Assembly (NCBI GenBank): GCA_963422645.2
Contig: CAXXVO010000004.1
Coordinates: 288,001 to 352,000 of the forward strand
Direction: 5' to 3'
Origin: Alphaproteobacteria bacterium
GTDB taxonomy: Bacteria > Pseudomonadota > Alphaproteobacteria > UBA828
DNA length: 64,000 bases
A model generated the notes under the pieces. It saw nothing but the letters and a program-made list of their open reading frames with translations, searched no databases and was not told where the DNA came from. A program made the translations under genes and the position numbers. Every line of letters starts with the position of its first letter. Position 1 is the first letter of the stretch. Shown here in pieces: positions 62,041-64,000 of the stretch.

Positions 62041-62738
62041 GCGGCCTGCTCAGCGGCATCGGCGTCGGCCCCGGCGACCCCGACCTGATCACGCTCAAGG
62101 CTCTAAAGGCGCTCCGGCAGGCCGGGGTCGTGGCTTATCCCGCGCCGCCGGAAGGTGAGAGCCTCGCGCGCAGCATCGCAGCACCGCACCTCCCCGGCGG
62201 GCAGGAGGAAATCGCCATCCGCATGCCGCTGGAGCCCAGCCGCTTTCCGGCGGCGGAGGTCTATGACGAGGCGGCGGCGACCCTCGGCGCGCGCCTTGAT
62301 GCGGGCCGCGACGTCGCGGTGCTCTGCGAGGGCGACCCCTTCGTCTACGGCTCCTTCCTCTACCTCTTCGAGCGCCTGGCCCGGCGCCACAGGGTGGAGG
62401 TGATTCCCGGCGTCTCCTCGCCCATGGCCTGCGCCGCCGCGCTCGGCCTGCCGCTGGCGGCGCGCAACGACGTACTTACGGTGATCCCGGCGACCCTCGA
62501 TGACCAGCGGCTTACCGCCCAACTCGCCAACTGTGATGCGGCGGCAATCGTCAAGGTCGGCCGCCACCTGGAGAAGGTGCGCCGCGTGCTCGATAACCTC
62601 GGGCTGCTCTCGCGCGCGCACTACGTCGAGCGCGCCTCCATGGCGGCGCAGAGGATATTGCCGCTGGCCGAGGTCGAGCCGCCCGCACCCTACTTCTCCA
62701 TGATCATCGTCCATAAGCGGGGCGCGGCATGGCGCTGA
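62037..62738 (+). CDS. cobI: Precorrin-2 C20-methyltransferase
   Basis: GVGPGDPDLITLKA, EGDPFVYGS, PYFS. Confidence 0.94.
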   Translation: MSGLLSGIGVGPGDPDLITLKALKALRQAGVVAYPAPPEGESLARSIAAPHLPGGQEEIAIRMPLEPSRFPAAEVYDEAAATLGARLDAGRDVAVLCEGDPFVYGSFLYLFERLARRHRVEVIPGVSSPMACAAALGLPLAARNDVLTVIPATLDDQRLTAQLANCDAAAIVKVGRHLEKVRRVLDNLGLLSRAHYVERASMAAQRILPLAEVEPPAPYFSMIIVHKRGAAWR

Positions 62739-64000
62739 GCCCGCCAGCCGTGGTGATCCTCGATGCACGCCAGATGGCGCTGGCGCGGCGCATCGCGGCC
62801 GCTCTGCCCGGCGCGGCGATTCACGGTCCCGCGTCGCTCGAAGGCACCGCCGATGTCGCCTACGCGCGCCTCGCGCCCCATCTCGCCGCCCTGTTCCGCG
62901 CCGGGACACCCATCGTCGGCATCTGCGCATCAGGCATCCTCATCCGCCTGATTGCGCCGCATCTCGCGGACAAGGGCGCCGAGCCGCCGGTGCTCGCGGT
63001 CTCGGAGGACGGGCAGAGCGTTGTACCCCTGCTCGGCGGTCATCACGGCGCGAACCGCCTCGCCCGCGAAATTGCCGCCGCCTACGGCACCCATGCCGCA
63101 ATCACGACGGCAGGTGACACCGCCCTGGGCTTCGCCCTCGACGCGCCACCCGCGGGCTGGCGCCTCGGCGAAGGCGCGCGGGTGAAGGAAGTCACTGCCG
63201 CGCTGCTGGCCGGCGAGCCGGTGCGCCTCGTGACCGAGGCCGCATCGGCCGATTGGCTCACTGCCGGCGGGGCGCCGTTCGGGGACTGGGGCCGACTCAC
63301 GGTGCAGATTACCGAGCGGAGCGTCGTGCCGGGTGACGACGTGGCCGATGTCACGCTGCATCCCGCCGTGTTGGCCCTCGGCCTCGGCTGCGAGCGGGGC
63401 TGCAGGCCTGAGGAGCTTATCCTTCTGGCCAAACGCGTGCTCGTCGCTGGCGGGCTCGCGCCCGAAGCCGTGGCCTGCGTCGCCTCGCTCGACCTGAAGG
63501 CGGACGAGCCGGCGGTGAGCGCCGTTGCGGACTGGCTCGGTGTCCCGCTCCGCCTCTTCGACGCCCCGACCCTGGAGCGCGAGACCCCGAGGCTCACGGC
63601 ACCGTCCGAGGTCGTGTTTCGCGCGGTCGGCTGCCACGGCGTGGCAGAGGCCGCGGCGCTCGCCTGCGCCGGCGCGTTCGGCACGCTCACCATGCCCAAG
63701 GCACGGAGCGAACGGGGCACCTGCGCCATCGCCAGGGCGCCCGAAATCATCGAGCCCGAGCGCTGCGGGCGCGGGCGCGGGCGTGTCATCGTGGTGGGCA
63801 TCGGCCCCGGCGCCCGGACATGGCGGACTCCGGGGGCCGACGCTGCCATCACGGACGCCACCGACCTCGTGGGCTACGGCCGCTACCTTGACCTGCTCGG
63901 GCCGCTGCCGCCGGGCTCTGCGCGTCACGCCTATCCCATCGGCGCGGAGGAGGAGCGCTGCCGGGCCGCGCTCGCGCTCGCGGCAGAGGGCCGCCGCGTC
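62729..64000 (+). CDS. cobJ: CbiG-CobJ fusion (precorrin-3B C17-methyltransferase), runs off window
   Basis: Not in ORF track; translates MALSPPAVVIL..ASGILIR..PLLGGHHGAN..GLGCERG..GVAEAAAL, then VVGIGPG..LVGYGRYL. Confidence 0.88.
   Translation, partial: MALSPPAVVILDARQMALARRIAAALPGAAIHGPASLEGTADVAYARLAPHLAALFRAGTPIVGICASGILIRLIAPHLADKGAEPPVLAVSEDGQSVVPLLGGHHGANRLAREIAAAYGTHAAITTAGDTALGFALDAPPAGWRLGEGARVKEVTAALLAGEPVRLVTEAASADWLTAGGAPFGDWGRLTVQITERSVVPGDDVADVTLHPAVLALGLGCERGCRPEELILLAKRVLVAGGLAPEAVACVASLDLKADEPAVSAVADWLGVPLRLFDAPTLERETPRLTAPSEVVFRAVGCHGVAEAAALACAGAFGTLTMPKARSERGTCAIARAPEIIEPERCGRGRGRVIVVGIGPGARTWRTPGADAAITDATDLVGYGRYLDLLGPLPPGSARHAYPIGAEEERCRAALALAAEGRRV

Noticed and set aside
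1-64000. CRISPR arrays, tRNA, rRNA, cobalamin riboswitch
   Set aside because: No regularly spaced repeats or recognisable RNA consensus seen by eye; a covariance-model scan would be needed to exclude them.

Overview
GC-rich window, probably alphaproteobacterial. Roughly 28 of the first 51 kb are nested insertion sequences: two IS66 types, an IS21, IS3s, a DUF4338-IS4, an unclassified HTH-transposase IS, an IS1595 remnant and an IS-sized large-serine-recombinase (LSR) element. Most boundaries could be fixed from terminal inverted repeats (IRs) and target-site duplications (TSDs). Between them lie metabolic genes (two amidases, a DddP-like M24 enzyme, a 2OG-Fe(II) oxygenase, arsenite oxidase aioBA, an amidohydrolase, HU, SRAP) and several broken or fused surface-protein genes. 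From 51 kb to the end is a cobalamin biosynthesis cluster. Two candidates for undescribed systems stand out. (1) In the 2.8-kb LSR element (47247-50071), the first gene has its RBS and ATG at the right end and its body at the left end, so it is assembled in frame only on the excised circle; its stop overlaps the recombinase start. (2) An IS66 present twice with TSDs carries a compact adenine DNA methyltransferase overlapping its transposase start. All calls come from reading the sequence; no database searches were run.
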